Positions 60,630 to 64,000 of a stretch of DNA of 64,000 nt are shown one piece after another. The notes beneath the pieces were generated by a model. It saw only the letters and a list, made by a program, of their open reading frames with translations. It did no database searches and was not told the DNA's origin. Source of the DNA: Flectonema sp. DT1601 (Eukaryota). The translations under genes and the position numbers were made by a program. The DNA is taken from positions 1,054,001 to 1,118,000 of the forward strand of contig OZ025802.1 of NCBI GenBank assembly GCA_964019425.1, in the 5' to 3' direction. The number at the start of each line of letters is the position of its first letter. Position 1 is the stretch's first letter.

Positions 60630-61265
60630 TACTTCTCTTTCCTGTTTTTTCTTTGTTTCAAATAAAACACTCCGTTTGGAGATGTTGTTCTAATGCAACA
60701 CGTCCGTCACGCTTTACATGGGGAAAACGAAGAAAAAAAAGAAAAACCCCAACGAAAAAATGAATGTTCTTGTCTTTTGGCGAGTCTGTTCATTTTTTAA
60801 TTTCCACACTTTTTCTGTTGTGTTTGTTGCCTTAACACATCGATCAATTTTTTACTTTTGATTCCTGTGTTATCCGATGAACACAAGAAATATGTAAAAG
60901 CATCCAGTCTTTACGATAATATTTGCACCAACTGCATTAGTTTTTTTTCCAATGTTGTTATTGTTATGTCACACAGTGTATTGATGTGGTATCTTTTTGT
61001 AACTTCAGTCCAGCATGATGGTATTCATTCAGGTTCGACTGAATAGATGGACGTTTATCGTTTTTTTTTCCCTATAAGTCTAAATATAAACAAAACTATT
61101 AAACCATCAATAAAAAAGTGTGTGTTTTTTTCCTTTTTTTTATAGTCATCATTCTTTTAAACAGGATCCACGTAATAATGAGGATTTGATTATTTGTTAC
61201 AAAGGAATGGTCTCGGCGGAAGTCAATATAATTGTATTTTTCTTACAGGATGTGGTGTGTATATA

Positions 61266-61934
61266 ATGACAACCGTACAATTCAAATTTCAGAATAGTCA
61301 GGAAGAAACTACTTCCGTTCTGATCGAGGAAAGTGATCAAAGCGAAGAGTACGGCGCCATAGTATGGCCTTGTGCTACAGTTCTGTCGTGTTTTATCATT
61401 CAGAATGAAGCGATTAATTCATTAAGAGTCTTAGAACTTGGTTGTGGTGTTGGTCTTTGTGGTCTTTCACACGCGTTGAAAAACCCTTCATCAAAAGTAA
61501 TAATGACTGATTGCAGCCATGAAAGCACATGGTCTGATATCTTAGATAAAAATATAAGTTTAAACAAAACTTCAAACACATCTGTTCAAGTATTAAATTG
61601 GGGATCTGGTGTTGAATTGCGATCCCTTTGTGAATCATTCGGTCCATTTGACTTAATTATTGCGAGTGATTGTCTATTTGATGAAACTTTTTTTAATGAT
61701 TTTCTCTATACTCTTTCTCTATCTCTATCTCTTGGTAGTGATGGTTGCTTTGCTTTAGTTGCGTATAACCGTCGAGATGACGATCAACAACTTGATTTTT
61801 ATTTTAAGAAATGGGGTCTTGAAGTTGAATGCATCTCCCTTCCTGATTGCGACGATATAATTTTAAAGGGAAAACATTTACCTGACGACTGGGACAGTAC
61901 CGTCTTACTTTGGAAGGTTACTTATCATGCCTGA
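61266..61934 (+). CDS. METTL23-like protein methyltransferase (Methyltransf_16)
   Basis: YGAIVWPCATVL, VLELGCGVGL, VIMTD, LNWG, DLIIASDCLFD. Confidence 0.82.
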   Translation: MTTVQFKFQNSQEETTSVLIEESDQSEEYGAIVWPCATVLSCFIIQNEAINSLRVLELGCGVGLCGLSHALKNPSSKVIMTDCSHESTWSDILDKNISLNKTSNTSVQVLNWGSGVELRSLCESFGPFDLIIASDCLFDETFFNDFLYTLSLSLSLGSDGCFALVAYNRRDDDQQLDFYFKKWGLEVECISLPDCDDIILKGKHLPDDWDSTVLLWKVTYHA

Positions 61935-62132
61935 TTTGCTTAAATAATATTTTCTTTTACATCATAATAATGATGATTACTTCTGTTTGTTTTGTTCCCT
62001 ATCAGGAATCACGCAAATGGCGTTTATTTTAGTTAAACTCCGACACGATCCAGATATTTTAATTCTTTTTAAATATACTTTCAATGTTTTAATTTTCCCC
62101 TTTCAGGAGATCACCCTAAAAGAACAACAACA

Positions 62133-62764
62133 ATGGGTTTATTATCGATTTTGAAGAAAGTAAAATTGAAAGAAAAGGAAATGAGAATATTGATGCTTGG
62201 ATTGGATAATGCAGGTATGCCATAATCTACTGTTGTTTATTTAGAACGAAAAAAAAAAACAAACAAAAAAAAAACAAAAAAAAAAAAACAGGGAAAACAA
62301 CAATTGTTAAAAAGTTTAACAACGAAGACATAAACACAATAAGCCCTACTTTAGGATTCAACATTCAGAGCTTACAGTATAAGGAATACACTCTAAACAT
62401 CTGGGACGTTGGTGGACAACAAACCCTCCGCTCATACTGGAGAAATTACTTCGAGCAAACAGATGCACTAATTTGGGTTGTAGACAGCCATGATGAAGCT
62501 CGTCTGAGCGATTGCAAAAAAGAGCTTTATACATTACTTAGTGAAGAAAAACTTGCGGGAGCATCATTGTTGATATTTATGAATAAGCAAGACTTGCCTG
62601 ATGCCCTTTCAAAGAATAAAATTATTGAACTTTTAGATCTTCATACCCTGAGCACTTCACGTCATATTAATATGGTTGCTTGCAGTGCTGTTACAGGAGA
62701 TGGTCTTGAAGAAGGTATCTCATGGGTCGTTGATGACATAGCCTCAAGGATTTATATTGAGTAA
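62133..62764 (+). CDS. ARL2: ADP-ribosylation factor-like GTPase 2 (exons 62133-62214, 62292-62764)
   Basis: [71 protein letters not shown]. The intron falls in the P-loop Gly codon. Confidence 0.95.
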
Positions 62765-62952
62765 GGAAAAAAAAAAAGAAGACACCCAAATCCGGTAGAT
62801 ATAAATATTATTTTCTTTTTTTTTTTTTTTTAAAACATAGAGTAATCAAGCCCCCCCTTGCCATAATTAATATTGCCATTGCAAATGTATCGTTTCTGGA
62901 TTTGTGTTTATCTTTAACCTTTTTATTCTTTATCAGGTAAGGAGGGTCGGAG

Positions 62953-64000
62953 ATGAACTTACCATCAGACAATAATAACAATGTGAGTGAAATTACTATC
63001 GCAAGTGAGTACCGTTCACCTCAACCCCATACCTTAGATGCACTTGGGACTGGTATGAGCACGCTATTCGATGTGTCGCCGATGACTGAAAGAGAACGGG
63101 ATCAAGAGAATTCAGTAAATACGTCAACTGCGAGTACGGCAACTGTTAGGAGAGGCGCAAAGGCCGATTCGTCGTTTCCTCCGCCGTTGGCTGGTCCTGG
63201 TGGTGATAGGGAAGCTGTTAGGGCAATAAATATGAGAAATGCGGAAATAGCAACTCAGTGTTGGAGAAATCGATCGCTTCCTAAGAAACGACAGCCGTTA
63301 ACTGCGAAGGTATTGGCGGCAACAGTCGCAGCTGAGGAGTCAGATAAACCAGTACCATCACATCCTTTTCCAGATAATAGAGGAAATCCTTCTTTAACAA
63401 GTTATGATGAAATCCTACGTAGAGATCGTTCACAGATGCTTCGAAAACAGCGGCAGCAAAATCGTCTCTCTGATCCAAATGTCAGAAAGCAAGAAGTCCT
63501 CCGTCATCGAACTGAAGTCCGAAATCATTATTCGGACATTGGAAGGCGCCGAAGCTCTTCCCGCAGCGTTTCACCGGCATCTACATCACGAAGTAGCAAC
63601 CATCGTAAAAGGAAACAAAATGTTCCAACAGCTCCTTCTCAGGACTACATTCTTGACGATGGTCAGGATGGTCTATCAACAACACAATACGTTATTGATT
63701 CACAACACAAGGTAGCTTTACAATCAAATAAATTAAAACAATCGATCCAGAAAGACGACAGAAAACCCAAACAGAGTTTGCGGGCTGAACCAGATTTGAG
63801 GGTGAGCCTTGAAGAGCAGCATTCTAGTTCAGTTGTAAAAGAAGCTAAAAACAGCCCCCAGCGTAGTGAAAAACAATTTAAAAAAACCGTTGCGATAGCA
63901 ACGACGACATCACAAGTAGAGACAGAAGGTAGTCCTCGAAAACTACCATCTCGGGAAGCAGCAGCAAACATTCGATCAATTCATGAAAGTGTAAAGAACC
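62953..64000 (+). CDS. Hypothetical low-complexity protein, 3'-truncated by window edge (not in ORF track)
   Basis: MNLPSDNNNNVSEIT... is open to the window end; a pyrimidine tract + TCAG lies upstream. Confidence 0.7.
   Translation, partial: MNLPSDNNNNVSEITIASEYRSPQPHTLDALGTGMSTLFDVSPMTERERDQENSVNTSTASTATVRRGAKADSSFPPPLAGPGGDREAVRAINMRNAEIATQCWRNRSLPKKRQPLTAKVLAATVAAEESDKPVPSHPFPDNRGNPSLTSYDEILRRDRSQMLRKQRQQNRLSDPNVRKQEVLRHRTEVRNHYSDIGRRRSSSRSVSPASTSRSSNHRKRKQNVPTAPSQDYILDDGQDGLSTTQYVIDSQHKVALQSNKLKQSIQKDDRKPKQSLRAEPDLRVSLEEQHSSSVVKEAKNSPQRSEKQFKKTVAIATTTSQVETEGSPRKLPSREAAANIRSIHESVKN

Overview
AT-rich eukaryotic genomic DNA, most likely a euglenozoan protist (diplonemid-like; this is an inference). 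All ~23 protein genes are on the + strand, short GT-AG introns are present, and most start codons follow a pyrimidine-tract+AG that looks like a spliced-leader trans-splice acceptor. Recognisable genes: TYSND1/DEG15-like peroxisomal protease (partial), alpha/beta-hydrolase, two paralogues with a shared SH3/Tudor-like domain flanking a minus-strand tRNA-Gly(TCC), amino-acid transporter, CCDC78-like protein, Kelch-RING protein, ZIP transporter, M14 carboxypeptidase, a 61-aa three-exon microprotein missing from the ORF track, two tandem Cys-rich surface proteins (29 and 10 copies of a 56-aa repeat), a Pro-rich WH2 protein, type II PI4-kinase, a pseudokinase, a 6TM channel with an atypical filter, METTL23-like and ARL2. 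The main unexplained signals are four. (1) A ~16-kb gene-free stretch (38.4-54.4 kb) where many GC-containing blocks between A/T homopolymers can be folded into hairpins or multibranch structures with G-U pairs on the + strand. (2) Cis-introns with inverted polarity (U-rich 5' half, A-rich 3' end). (3) A mosaic, partly homogenised repeat surface-protein pair. (4) Two short dispersed repeat families. All structures and splice models were read by eye and are unverified.
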